The position numbers and the translations under genes were made by a program. From NCBI GenBank assembly GCA_041937175.2, contig CP166615.1:4032001-4096000 (forward strand): DNA of 64,000 bases. The letters run 5' to 3'. The notes beneath the pieces were generated by a model. It did not search any database and was not told the DNA's origin. It was given only the letters and a program-made list of their open reading frames with translations. Each line of letters starts with the position of its first letter. Within the stretch, counting starts at the first letter, position 1. Source of the stretch: Limnothrix sp. BL-A-16 (lineage in GTDB: Bacteria; Cyanobacteriota; Cyanobacteriia; CACIAM-69d). Positions 8,602-17,906 of the stretch are shown here, one piece after another.

Positions 8602-11127
8602 ATGAACTCTGCATCTCCTCTGTCTCTGTCGGTTTTGGTGATGGCGATCGGCTGGTTGGCCGCTCCCGCTGGCGCTGAGTCTGTTCCCCCGGAGCCGCTC
8701 GATCGATTCCGCAGCACCGCCCCCGCCACCTCGGTAGAGTCCTGGCTGGCCCAAGCCGATCGCCTGGCCACCGTGACTCGTGTGGTGGTCACAGCTCTGC
8801 CCGATGAGTTGGAAATTGCCCTGGAAACTCCAGCCGGTCAGTCCTTGCTGATTGATGCGAACCTGTTTCGGGCCGAGGGCAACCAACTGATCGCGGAGAT
8901 CAGTAACGCCAGCTTGGTGCTACCGGAAGGAGCAGAGTTTAACCAAGCCGATCCCACCACCGAAGTGGCCTCGGTGCGGGTTTGGCAGGTTGCACCCGAT
9001 CGAATCCAAGTGGTGGTGACGGGTCGTAATGGTTTACCCGTTCAGGACGTGACCTTGGCCACGGGTGACTTGGCCTACAGCCTGAACGTGGATGCCAATG
9101 CGCCCGAAGAAGAATTAGTTGTGACGGGCCAGCGATCGCCCAGTTACCGGGTTCCCAATGCCTCCAGCGCCACTGGCACAGACACCCCAATTCTGGAAAC
9201 GCCTTTCTCGGTGCAGGTGATTCCCCAAGCCGTCCTGCGCGATCAGCAAGTAATCAACATCGAAGATGCGCTGACCAACGTCAGCGGCGTGTCCTATGCC
9301 GGGAGTAACAGCGGTCGGGAATCGACGGTTAGCATTCGCGGATTTGGTAACCAATATCCCGCCACGGTCTCGATTCTGCGAGATGGCTATCGGCTTTATG
9401 GTTCCTTTCAAGCGATTCCCGAAGTCGCCAACCTTGAACAAATTGAAGTGTTGAAGGGGCCAGCTTCCATTCTGTATGGGCAAATTGAACCGGGTGGCAT
9501 TATCAACCTGGTGTCCAAACAACCCCTCGCCGAACCCTTTTATGAAGTCGAACTTCAGGGCGGCAGCAATGAATTAATTCGTCCTCGAATTGACTTTGGT
9601 GGCCCGCTGACGGCAGATGGTAGCTTGCGCTATCGGCTGAATAGTGTTTATCAGCACCAAGCCCCTTTTCGGGACTTTGAAACTGATACCAATCGCTTTT
9701 CGATCGCACCCGCTCTGGCTTGGAAAATTAGTGACCAAACTGATTTATCGCTCAACCTTGAATACATTCACCAGAAGGGGCCGTCTGACTTTGGTCTAAG
9801 TCGATTTGAAGATGGGGTTGCACCGGTCGATCGCGAGTTGATTATTACGGATCCTGAGGACTCCATTACAACGGACTATTTCAGCACCGGTTATCAATTT
9901 GAGCATCGATTTAGCGACAACTGGAAAATTCGCAATGGCTTCCGCTACATCAGCTATGACTATGACTACAGTGTGGTGGCGCTTCCCCTGACTGCCAACG
10001 GACCCAGGGTCACTCGCTTCTATGCTGATCAAGATGGGGAGGATCAATCCTACACCTTGCAAACCAGTCTTGTGGGTACTTTCAAAACCGGATCGATCGC
10101 CCACCAAGCAACTATTGGTCTTGATCTGAATCGTAGTGAATCGCGAATTTCTACGCTGTTTGATCGCTCGAAACCGTCAATCATCAACATTTTTGACCGC
10201 AATTATGATGCGGTGGTTCGCCCCGATCGCTCTGATCTACCCCCTTTCAATGATGACCTGACCACTGCCAATCGTCTCGGATTTTATCTTCAGGATCAAA
10301 TTAATCTCACGGACAATTTGATCGTGGTTGCCGGTCTGCGTTACGACACGATCGGCATTGAAACAGAAGATCAATTGGGCCGTCGCGAAGGCAACAACAT
10401 TGAACTGAGTTCTTGGACACCGCGCCTCGGGATTCTTTACCGCCCGATTCCTGAACTGTCGCTGTTTGCCAACTATTCGCAGTCATTTCGCCCCACCACT
10501 TCGACCGGTGCCGATGGTTCAATCCTGAAGCCTGAAGAAGGTGAAGGGTTTGAGGTGGGCGTGAAGGCTGAATTGTTCGATCGCCGCCTCCTGGCCACCC
10601 TCACCTACTTCGACATCACCAAACAAAATGTGCCGGTGACTGATCCAGATAACCTGCTCTTTTCGGTTTCTTCAGGAGAGCAACGAAATCGCGGAATTGA
10701 GCTTGATTTGATTGGTGAACTGTTGCCCGGCTGGAAAATTTTGGGTTCCTATGCCTATATCGACAGCGAAGTTACGGAAGATACCAATGAGGCGCTGATT
10801 GGAAATCGACTGTATGGCATTCCTGAGCACAAAGCCACTCTTTGGACGACCTACGAAATTCAGTCGGGTTCCTTCAAAGGACTGGGCTTTGGGGTGGGGT
10901 TTGAATATGCGAGCGATCGCTATGGCAACCTTGCTAACGACTACAAAATTGGAGACTATTTCATCGGAAATGCTGCCATTTTCTATCAGCGGGATAACTA
11001 TCGTTTTGCCTTGAACTTCCGAAACTTCACGGATGAAACCTACATCAAATCCACGGTGGGAAGCAACACGGGTCTCGAAGTAGGTACACCTTTCACGGTC
11101 ACTGGATCGGCTTCCATTCGGTTCTAG
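8602..11127 (+). CDS. TonB-dependent siderophore receptor with AMIN domain (copy 2)
   Basis: Tandem paralog of 5967-8489 with the same motifs. Confidence 0.95.
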   Translation: MNSASPLSLSVLVMAIGWLAAPAGAESVPPEPLDRFRSTAPATSVESWLAQADRLATVTRVVVTALPDELEIALETPAGQSLLIDANLFRAEGNQLIAEISNASLVLPEGAEFNQADPTTEVASVRVWQVAPDRIQVVVTGRNGLPVQDVTLATGDLAYSLNVDANAPEEELVVTGQRSPSYRVPNASSATGTDTPILETPFSVQVIPQAVLRDQQVINIEDALTNVSGVSYAGSNSGRESTVSIRGFGNQYPATVSILRDGYRLYGSFQAIPEVANLEQIEVLKGPASILYGQIEPGGIINLVSKQPLAEPFYEVELQGGSNELIRPRIDFGGPLTADGSLRYRLNSVYQHQAPFRDFETDTNRFSIAPALAWKISDQTDLSLNLEYIHQKGPSDFGLSRFEDGVAPVDRELIITDPEDSITTDYFSTGYQFEHRFSDNWKIRNGFRYISYDYDYSVVALPLTANGPRVTRFYADQDGEDQSYTLQTSLVGTFKTGSIAHQATIGLDLNRSESRISTLFDRSKPSIINIFDRNYDAVVRPDRSDLPPFNDDLTTANRLGFYLQDQINLTDNLIVVAGLRYDTIGIETEDQLGRREGNNIELSSWTPRLGILYRPIPELSLFANYSQSFRPTTSTGADGSILKPEEGEGFEVGVKAELFDRRLLATLTYFDITKQNVPVTDPDNLLFSVSSGEQRNRGIELDLIGELLPGWKILGSYAYIDSEVTEDTNEALIGNRLYGIPEHKATLWTTYEIQSGSFKGLGFGVGFEYASDRYGNLANDYKIGDYFIGNAAIFYQRDNYRFALNFRNFTDETYIKSTVGSNTGLEVGTPFTVTGSASIRF

Positions 11128-11132
11128 TTTTA

Positions 11133-11263
11133 GAGGATGCCTGAAAAGCCAAAATTGCTACTCTGTCCGCCCCGGTGATCGACCCAGACAAGGGGCTTAA
11201 GCCCCTTGCTCCCACAATAATTGATGCCTAGCCCGTACTGCAAGTTACTTCCCAGATATTCTC
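11133..11263. mobile_element. MITE-like element A (simple copy)
   Basis: Ends GAGGATGCCTGAAAAG...CTTCCCAGATATTCTC; central palindrome CAAGGGGCTTAAGCCCCTTG. Confidence 0.75.
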
Positions 11264-11376
11264 TTCAGCCTCGGTTCTGGAGTTGATTTCTGGTTTGTCA
11301 TCTTCCCTGTTCTAGCCATAACCGATGCTTGAATTAGCGTTTCAAGCATGACTCAAAACGTTCTTCAAACCCAACC

Positions 11377-12150
11377 ATGATCATGACAAAGAACCACGCG
11401 ATCGCCCTGCTGACCTTGAGCTTGATCACCGCTTGCCAATCTGCTCCAAGCCCTGAAGCGTCTAGCCCTGCCAGCCCTGCCGCTGTTGAATCCGCTAGCA
11501 GCCCCCAAGCTACCGATGCTGCGATCAAAAATGCTGCGGCTAATGACAATACTCGACATTTTGATCAAGCCCTTTATGCCCTCGCCTATCCCGAAGTGAA
11601 TAAAGAGGTGAAAGCCGGTAAATTCGCTTCTCCCCTCGCCCACTATCAAGCCGTTGGACAGTCAGGAAAAGATGCCAACGGCGAAGACATTGCGGGCTTT
11701 TTTATGGGCACGGGTGGCAATGACACCATTTCGGGTTTTGGCCATCACCCTCACATCTCAGGCGTGGCATTCGAGATTCTGGCTGATAAGGGCGGTGAGT
11801 TGCCAATTCGCCCCAAAACTTTGGGTCAAGGGGAGGTCGATCGCCTGGTGGGTCAACCCGGCTCCGAGGATGAATTTATCCTGGGCAGTTTGATCACGAC
11901 CGCTAATCCCAAGTCTGAGACTTTTTATGTGGGTAAAGGGGACGCAGACTACGCCCAAATTGACAATTTCAAACCCGGTGAGGACACAATTTTGCTCGCA
12001 GGTAAACCGGAAGATTACACCCTTCAACCCCAGGATAAAACCCTGCGTATTTCAACTAAAAGCGGTGATTTGGTGGCGATCGTGCAAGGGGTCGATCGTC
12101 TCACGGTGGGTGATGTGGTGGCCGATTACGGCATTTTCATCTTGAAGTAG
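11377..12150 (+). CDS. Lipoprotein of unknown function in the iron-uptake cluster
   Basis: Lipobox LITAC, Ser/Ala/Pro linker, FDxxxYxxxYPxV-type surface-protein motif. Confidence 0.75.
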   Translation: MIMTKNHAIALLTLSLITACQSAPSPEASSPASPAAVESASSPQATDAAIKNAAANDNTRHFDQALYALAYPEVNKEVKAGKFASPLAHYQAVGQSGKDANGEDIAGFFMGTGGNDTISGFGHHPHISGVAFEILADKGGELPIRPKTLGQGEVDRLVGQPGSEDEFILGSLITTANPKSETFYVGKGDADYAQIDNFKPGEDTILLAGKPEDYTLQPQDKTLRISTKSGDLVAIVQGVDRLTVGDVVADYGIFILK

Positions 12151-12194
12151 ATTTTCAGGATTGATTTTCAACTAAATCGGAACCCGAGGGGACT

Positions 12195-13325
12195 ATGCAA
12201 GCTCGCCAAATTCGATCGATCCTATTTCCGCTGCATCGTTATCTGGGCTTAGTCGTTGGCCTAATTTTGATCGTTGTGGGTATAACGGGAAGCTTGCTGG
12301 TGTTCTCCCACGAATTGCAAGATCGGCTGGTTGTTCAAAAATTTGGCGAAATTGCCCCCCAAGAAACCCTGGTCAGCATTGACCAAGTGTCCAATGCTGC
12401 CCAAACCTTTGCTCAACAGTTATCGGGTTCCATGGTTGAGGGCATTTTGTTTCCTCAGCATCCTGGCCAGCCTTACCAAGTTCGCCTTTGGCAGAGTGAT
12501 CAGCTCATTCAGCTTTTTATTCATCCCTACAATGGAAAAGCGCTAGGAACCCTATCAGCGCAAGATAACTGGATGAATTGGACTTTCCGTCTGCACTATC
12601 AATTATTAGCCGGCACTACTGGCTTGATTATTGTGGGAATTTCGGGTTTCTTAATGACTATTTTGGGTATTACTGGCATTGCACTTTGGCCCGGTTGGCG
12701 ACGGTTGGCAGCGGGTTTCAAAATTAAGTGGAATACTCACCCAAAGCGACGCAATTTTGATCTTCACAAGGTTGTGGGTATCATTGCCGCTGTTTTTTTA
12801 GTGCTGACCGGATTCACAGGGTTTTGTTGGAATTTTTACGCCCAATCAACGGCGGTCACTAAGGCAATTACCTTCACCCCTGCGGAGCCGGTTTGGCAGT
12901 CCAAGGTGTTGCCCAATCAAAAACCCTTGCCCTTGTCGGAACTGGTCGGGCGATCGAACCAAGCATTACCCGGAGCTGCCACGACTTTTATCGCGCTGCC
13001 CAGAACACCGGATGGAGTGGTGCGGATTGGCAAGCGCCAGAGCCACGAACCCAGCTCCTACGGCCAGAGCAACGTGATTCTGGATGCCTACAGCGGCCAA
13101 GTGTTGCGGGTAAATGACAGTCGGCAGGCGGCCTTGGGCGATCGCGTCTTGAGCAGCTTTGGACCGCTGCACTTTGGCACCTTTGGCGGTTTGTGGACGC
13201 GCTGGCTTTATGTGCTGGTGGGCCTGTCCCCGATCGCCTTAATGTGGACGGGCGTGAGGATGTGGCAGTATCGCAAACGCCCCAGCGCTCCAGCCCAACC
13301 TCAACCCGATCTCCCCAGCCCCTGA
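12195..13325 (+). CDS. PepSY-associated TM helix protein (putative ferric reductase)
   Basis: LHRYLGL, LHYQLL, LHKVVG and LHFGTFGG His motifs. Confidence 0.9.
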   Translation: MQARQIRSILFPLHRYLGLVVGLILIVVGITGSLLVFSHELQDRLVVQKFGEIAPQETLVSIDQVSNAAQTFAQQLSGSMVEGILFPQHPGQPYQVRLWQSDQLIQLFIHPYNGKALGTLSAQDNWMNWTFRLHYQLLAGTTGLIIVGISGFLMTILGITGIALWPGWRRLAAGFKIKWNTHPKRRNFDLHKVVGIIAAVFLVLTGFTGFCWNFYAQSTAVTKAITFTPAEPVWQSKVLPNQKPLPLSELVGRSNQALPGAATTFIALPRTPDGVVRIGKRQSHEPSSYGQSNVILDAYSGQVLRVNDSRQAALGDRVLSSFGPLHFGTFGGLWTRWLYVLVGLSPIALMWTGVRMWQYRKRPSAPAQPQPDLPSP

Positions 13326-13447
13326 CTCCCATCCACCGCCCCGATCGCCCCCTTTGCAAAAGTTTTGTCCTAGAGAAGGGTTGCTTCCCGCCCAAGTTGG
13401 CGATAATGGGAAAACCATTGCTAACTCAGCGCAGGAGCCGCGCCCGC

Positions 13448-14635
13448 ATGAGCAACACTGAGCCACTTCCCGCAAGCAAGCTGGTTCAATGGTGGGAATC
13501 GCTCTCGCCGCTATCACGGTTTCTATTCTTTGCCCTGGCTGCTCCCCTGACCGTGCTCAATGCCTGGGCCTTGGCCACGATTTTTGGCTACTTCCAATCA
13601 TTGCTGGGGGTGTTGTTGGTCACGGCTTTGCTGGCCTTTTTGCTGAACTATCCCGTGAACTGGCTAGCGGCCAAGGGTGTGAAGCGAGGGCTGGCCGCCG
13701 TCGTGGTGTTTTTGGTGGCCCTGTCGATCGTCATTGGTGTGGGCGTGACCCTAGTGCCGCTGGTGGTGGCACAGGCGCAACAGTTGGTGGCGCGGCTGCC
13801 GGAATGGATTGACTCGGGCCAGCGCCAACTGATGATGCTGAATGAGCGAGCCGACTTGTTTGGTTTGCCCATCAGCTTAGATGGCGTGATTTCCCAACTG
13901 AACGATCGCCTCAAAACCGAACTCCAAAGCATTGCCGGCCGCACCCTCAACTTGGCCCTGAATGTCACGGTGGTGACGGTGGTTCGGTTGTTGGATGTGG
14001 TGTTAACCATCGTCCTCACCTTCTATTTGCTGCAACACAGCGAAGAAATTTGGGATAGCTTGATTGCTTGGCTACCCGATCGGGTTCAGCAGCCCTTTTC
14101 CCGCACCCTGCGATCGAGCTTCCAAAACTACTTCATTGGGCAAATCCTCACGGCCACCTGCTTGGGTCTGGGGTTAACCACCATGTTTGTGTTGCTCAAA
14201 ATTCCCTTTGGCCTACTCTTTGGCCTCACCATTGGGTTGATGGCCCTGGTTCCCTTTGGCGGCTCCGTGGGCATTGGCACGGTCATTTCCCTGATTGCCC
14301 TTCAGGATATTGGCCTGGCCCTGCAAGCCTTGGCTGCGGCCCTGATTGTGCAGCAAGTGGTGGAAAACCTGGTGGCTCCTCGAGTGTTGGGCAGCGTGAC
14401 GGGCCTCAATCCCTTTTGGGTGTTTGTGGCCATCCTAACCGGTGTGCGTGTGGGCGGCCTGTTGGGCGTGGTGGTGGCCGTGCCCATGGCTGTGTTGCTC
14501 AAGGAAGCCTTGGCCAATTTGCGGGCCCAAGATCCCACTCCCGGTGCTGTGAAATCTCTGCCCGAAGTGGAACCGGAATCACCATCTGTGGGTATTGCGG
14601 CGGCGGCCCCTTCCCCGGTTGCGGAATGCGATTGA
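13448..14635 (+). CDS. AI-2E family transporter
   Basis: Multi-TM protein; ENLVAPRVLGSVTGLNP...GGLLGVVVAVP. Confidence 0.9.
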   Translation: MSNTEPLPASKLVQWWESLSPLSRFLFFALAAPLTVLNAWALATIFGYFQSLLGVLLVTALLAFLLNYPVNWLAAKGVKRGLAAVVVFLVALSIVIGVGVTLVPLVVAQAQQLVARLPEWIDSGQRQLMMLNERADLFGLPISLDGVISQLNDRLKTELQSIAGRTLNLALNVTVVTVVRLLDVVLTIVLTFYLLQHSEEIWDSLIAWLPDRVQQPFSRTLRSSFQNYFIGQILTATCLGLGLTTMFVLLKIPFGLLFGLTIGLMALVPFGGSVGIGTVISLIALQDIGLALQALAAALIVQQVVENLVAPRVLGSVTGLNPFWVFVAILTGVRVGGLLGVVVAVPMAVLLKEALANLRAQDPTPGAVKSLPEVEPESPSVGIAAAAPSPVAECD

Positions 14636-14814
14636 TGTCTTGCATTAAGTCATCATTTTTCAAATCAAACTGATCAATTGGAGTCGCTTTAAAAGCAACG
14701 GTTCTGAGCGTCATTCAATAGTATTGATTGTGAAAAAGTCGGGTAGGCTAATTTGCTTGCTCTCTCAAGATTGAGATCGTAAAACTGAACAGAAGACCAA
14801 TAGCCAAGCTTGTT

Positions 14815-15417
14815 ATGTCCTGTTCAGTTGCCCTGATCCTGATTGGGTTCCAAAACGACTATTTTGCTGCCGATGGGATCCTGCGGTCTGTGATTGACCA
14901 GGCTGTCCCAGTCGATCGCATCTTAGACAGTACGGTACAAGTGGTGCGCGGGGCGATCGCCCATGGAGTCCCCACCATTGCAACCCCAATTTTTTTCACC
15001 CCCACCTATGAAGAATTGGTGGATCCCGTTGGTATCCTTAAAACCGTCCGCGACGTGGGAGCCTTCCAAGCAGGGCAAAAAGGGTCAGAAATGGTTGAGG
15101 CCCTCTTGCCCTTTCAAGATCAAATTTGGGTTGTGCCCGGAAAGCGGGGTTTAAACGCCTTCACGGGAACCTCGTTGCATGAGCTGCTCCAAAAACATCA
15201 AATCACCCAGATTGTGTTGGCCGGTGCGGTCACTTCCGTTTGCATTGACTCCACCGGTCGGGCTGCCCACGAAAAGGGCTATCGCGTGTCAGTTTTGGCC
15301 GATTGCACCTGTGCCAGAACCCAATTTGAGCAGGAATTCTACTTAGAAAATGTGTTTCCCCTTTATGCCAATGTAATTTCCGCTGAGTCCTTTCTTGAGT
15401 CTTTGGCGGATGTCTGA
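14815..15417 (+). CDS. Isochorismatase-like cysteine hydrolase (catalytic Asp position is Gly)
   Basis: LIGFQNDYF, GKRGLNAF and GAVTSVCIDSTGRAA motifs. Confidence 0.85.
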   Translation: MSCSVALILIGFQNDYFAADGILRSVIDQAVPVDRILDSTVQVVRGAIAHGVPTIATPIFFTPTYEELVDPVGILKTVRDVGAFQAGQKGSEMVEALLPFQDQIWVVPGKRGLNAFTGTSLHELLQKHQITQIVLAGAVTSVCIDSTGRAAHEKGYRVSVLADCTCARTQFEQEFYLENVFPLYANVISAESFLESLADV

Positions 15418-15533
15418 AAAGTGTTTTGAGATACCGAGCTAGGGGCCAGCAGTTGGCAAAGGCGCTTGAGCATCCTGTGTTTGCCGGTGACTGGAGCTTG
15501 CAGAGTATCCATTGGGGCTTTTCAGACATCCTC
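15406..15533. mobile_element. MITE-like element A (degenerate; overlaps the hydrolase stop codon)
   Basis: GCGGATGTCTGAAAAG...CTTTTCAGACATCCTC inverted ends. Confidence 0.75.
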
Positions 15534-15550
15534 TTAGGTAAAACAGGATA

Positions 15551-16972
15551 ATGACCGATTTTAGTAAAGGTGATGAGCTAAACACCCAAATTCAATACCG
15601 ACTTATTGAAAGGCTGGCGGAGTCAGAACGCCGTTATCGAACTCTGGTTGAGAACCTCAGTGAAATTGTTTTTAAGGTTGATCATTTGGGTCAAATCACC
15701 TTTTTAAATCCGGCTTGGACGAAGATTCTGGGGTTTCCCATTAACTCCTGCCTGGGTAAACCCTTGGCTCAGTTTATGGACGAAACCGAGCAAGCTAGTT
15801 GGCAAATGACAATCGCCAACTTAGATCATTGCGCCATCTTGCGACAGGAACTTCACTTTCGAGACCACAATCAGCAAACAGTTTGGTTAGAAATTACGAT
15901 TCAGCCCCGTGGTGCAGATGGTGAATTTTCAGGATCCTTAACGGATGTGACCGATCGCCACCAGGCTGAGCAATTGTTGCAACGGATGAATACGGAACTC
16001 GAAAAACGGGTTGCCCAACGAACGCAAGCTCTAAATGCGGCTAATCAGAAGTTACAGGCCACGATCGAGCGGCTTCAGCAAACCCAATGCGAGCTGGTGC
16101 AGTCTGAAAAAATGTCGGGCTTGGTGCAGCTTGTGGCTGGGGTTGCCCACGAAATCAATAATCCCGTGAACTTTATTCATGGCAATTTGGAATATTTAGA
16201 AGAATATCTACAAATGCTGATTCAGTCCTTGGAAACGTATCAAGCTCAGAATCTGGAAACCACCGCTACGATTCCATTACTCACAGAACCGATTGATTTG
16301 GATTTTTTGAAAGAGGACTCTCAAAAAATCATCAACTCGATGCGAACAGGGACGCATCGAATTCGGCAAATTGTCTTGGATTTACGCAATTTCTCGCGAA
16401 TTGATGAATCTGAGTTGAAAACCATCAGTGTGCATGAAGATATTGATGGAATTTTGAAAATCCTAGGCTATCAACTAAAAGCAAAACTGCAATCCATTTC
16501 GATTTCAAAAAACTATGGTCAATTACCTTTAATTGAATGCTATCCCCGATATTTAAATCAGGCATTGATGAGCATTTTGGAAAATGCGATCGATGCCATT
16601 GAGGAAGCTGTTAAAAAAGTAGACTCAAAAATTATTATGCCCAGTAGTTCCACTTATTTTGGAACCATTGAAATTAATACGTTTGTCTTGGATAGCCAAT
16701 GGGTTGCGATCGAGATTTCCGATAATGGTATTGGTATTCCGTTACTGATTCAGGGCCAAGTTTTTAATCCTTTTTTTACGACGAAGGATGTGGGTAAGGG
16801 AACCGGGATGGGGCTGGCCATTAGTTACCAAATCATTACGGAAAAACATCGGGGGAAACTCAGTTTTCGATCGCAATACGGCCAGGGCACAACTTTCACG
16901 ATCCAAATTCCAATTCAGCAAACCAATTTGGCGGATTCGCCCGCGCAGGAGTCGGCGAATTCCCAACGCTAG
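15551..16972 (+). CDS. Cytoplasmic PAS-domain sensor histidine kinase
   Basis: PAS domain, H-box VAHEINNPVNFI, G-boxes DNGIG and GKGTGMGL. Confidence 0.93.
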   Translation: MTDFSKGDELNTQIQYRLIERLAESERRYRTLVENLSEIVFKVDHLGQITFLNPAWTKILGFPINSCLGKPLAQFMDETEQASWQMTIANLDHCAILRQELHFRDHNQQTVWLEITIQPRGADGEFSGSLTDVTDRHQAEQLLQRMNTELEKRVAQRTQALNAANQKLQATIERLQQTQCELVQSEKMSGLVQLVAGVAHEINNPVNFIHGNLEYLEEYLQMLIQSLETYQAQNLETTATIPLLTEPIDLDFLKEDSQKIINSMRTGTHRIRQIVLDLRNFSRIDESELKTISVHEDIDGILKILGYQLKAKLQSISISKNYGQLPLIECYPRYLNQALMSILENAIDAIEEAVKKVDSKIIMPSSSTYFGTIEINTFVLDSQWVAIEISDNGIGIPLLIQGQVFNPFFTTKDVGKGTGMGLAISYQIITEKHRGKLSFRSQYGQGTTFTIQIPIQQTNLADSPAQESANSQR

Positions 16973-16974
16973 GC

Positions 16975-17769
16975 CTAGGCTTTGGGGGTGGCAAGCTGGG
17001 CCTGGAGGGGGCGGGCATTGCTTCCCAATCGGGTTTGCAACTCGGTGAGCAGGGCGGGGGCGATCGCCTGGGGTTCTGGCAACAGCAGCCAAGTCACCCC
17101 TTCAGAACAGGGGGGCGTGGTGAGGGAGCCTTGGTAGTGGTAGAGCGATCGGGGAATGGGGGGCAACAGGTCGGCGGGGTTCCCTTGCCAAGCGCGATCG
17201 AGGCTGGTTCCGAGGGCGATCGGGGCGCGGGCTAATAATTCTTGCAACAGTTGGGGGGCGGCCTGCGGGGGACTGGCGGCCTTGGTTGGGGCTGCGGCCG
17301 TTAACCAAAGACCCAACACCAACAGGCCCCCGGCCCGATCGCGATGGACAAAATGCACTTCTGCGGGGAAGGTGCGGCCAGCGCGGTGATGCTCGCTGGG
17401 GTGGTGAAAATGGAATTGCAAGAGGTCATGGGGGCGATCGCCCAGATGCAGGATGCAAGCGCCGGGCGGGCAGTCCACCAAGATCGATCGCCCCGTGTTG
17501 CGGGCCGTCAGGGGCGCGGATTGGTAATCCAACCGCAAATCCACGGGCCCAAGCTGTTCCTGGGCGGTCAGGTCGATCGGGGATTGGCGCTGGCCCAGGC
17601 CACAGGTCGCAAAGGCAGGATCCAACTCGCTCCAGTGGTTGGGGCCGGTGGGGCCGTCATAGCTCCAACGGGTGGCGGCCCGAACGGGGCGATCGCCCAA
17701 TCCCGCCCAACTGCCAAGGGCCCCGCCCAGCGCGAGGGATCCTTGCCACAACCACTGACGACGTTTCAT
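16975..17769 (-). CDS. ecaA: Alpha-class carbonic anhydrase with Tat signal (EcaA-like)
   Basis: MKRRQW twin-Arg leader, QSPIDL, QFHFH..SEH, EVHFVH, YQGSLTTPPCSEGVTW. Confidence 0.9.
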   Translation of the reverse strand: MKRRQWLWQGSLALGGALGSWAGLGDRPVRAATRWSYDGPTGPNHWSELDPAFATCGLGQRQSPIDLTAQEQLGPVDLRLDYQSAPLTARNTGRSILVDCPPGACILHLGDRPHDLLQFHFHHPSEHHRAGRTFPAEVHFVHRDRAGGLLVLGLWLTAAAPTKAASPPQAAPQLLQELLARAPIALGTSLDRAWQGNPADLLPPIPRSLYHYQGSLTTPPCSEGVTWLLLPEPQAIAPALLTELQTRLGSNARPLQAQLATPKA

Positions 17770-17856
17770 GGCTTGCTCTTGACTTCCGAATGGCCTGATT
17801 TCTAGTTCCCGATTCCCAAGGTTCAGGAACCAGCGTTCAGGAACCGGTTCCCAAGC

Positions 17857-17890
17857 AAAAGGAGCGATCACCGGGGCGATCGCTCCTTCT
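17857..17890 (-). terminator. Intrinsic terminator after the RNase R-like gene
   Basis: AAGGAGCGATC stem, loop, GATCGCTCCTT then T-run on the minus strand. Confidence 0.65.
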
Positions 17891-17906
17891 AGGATAGGCA
17901 GCGGAT

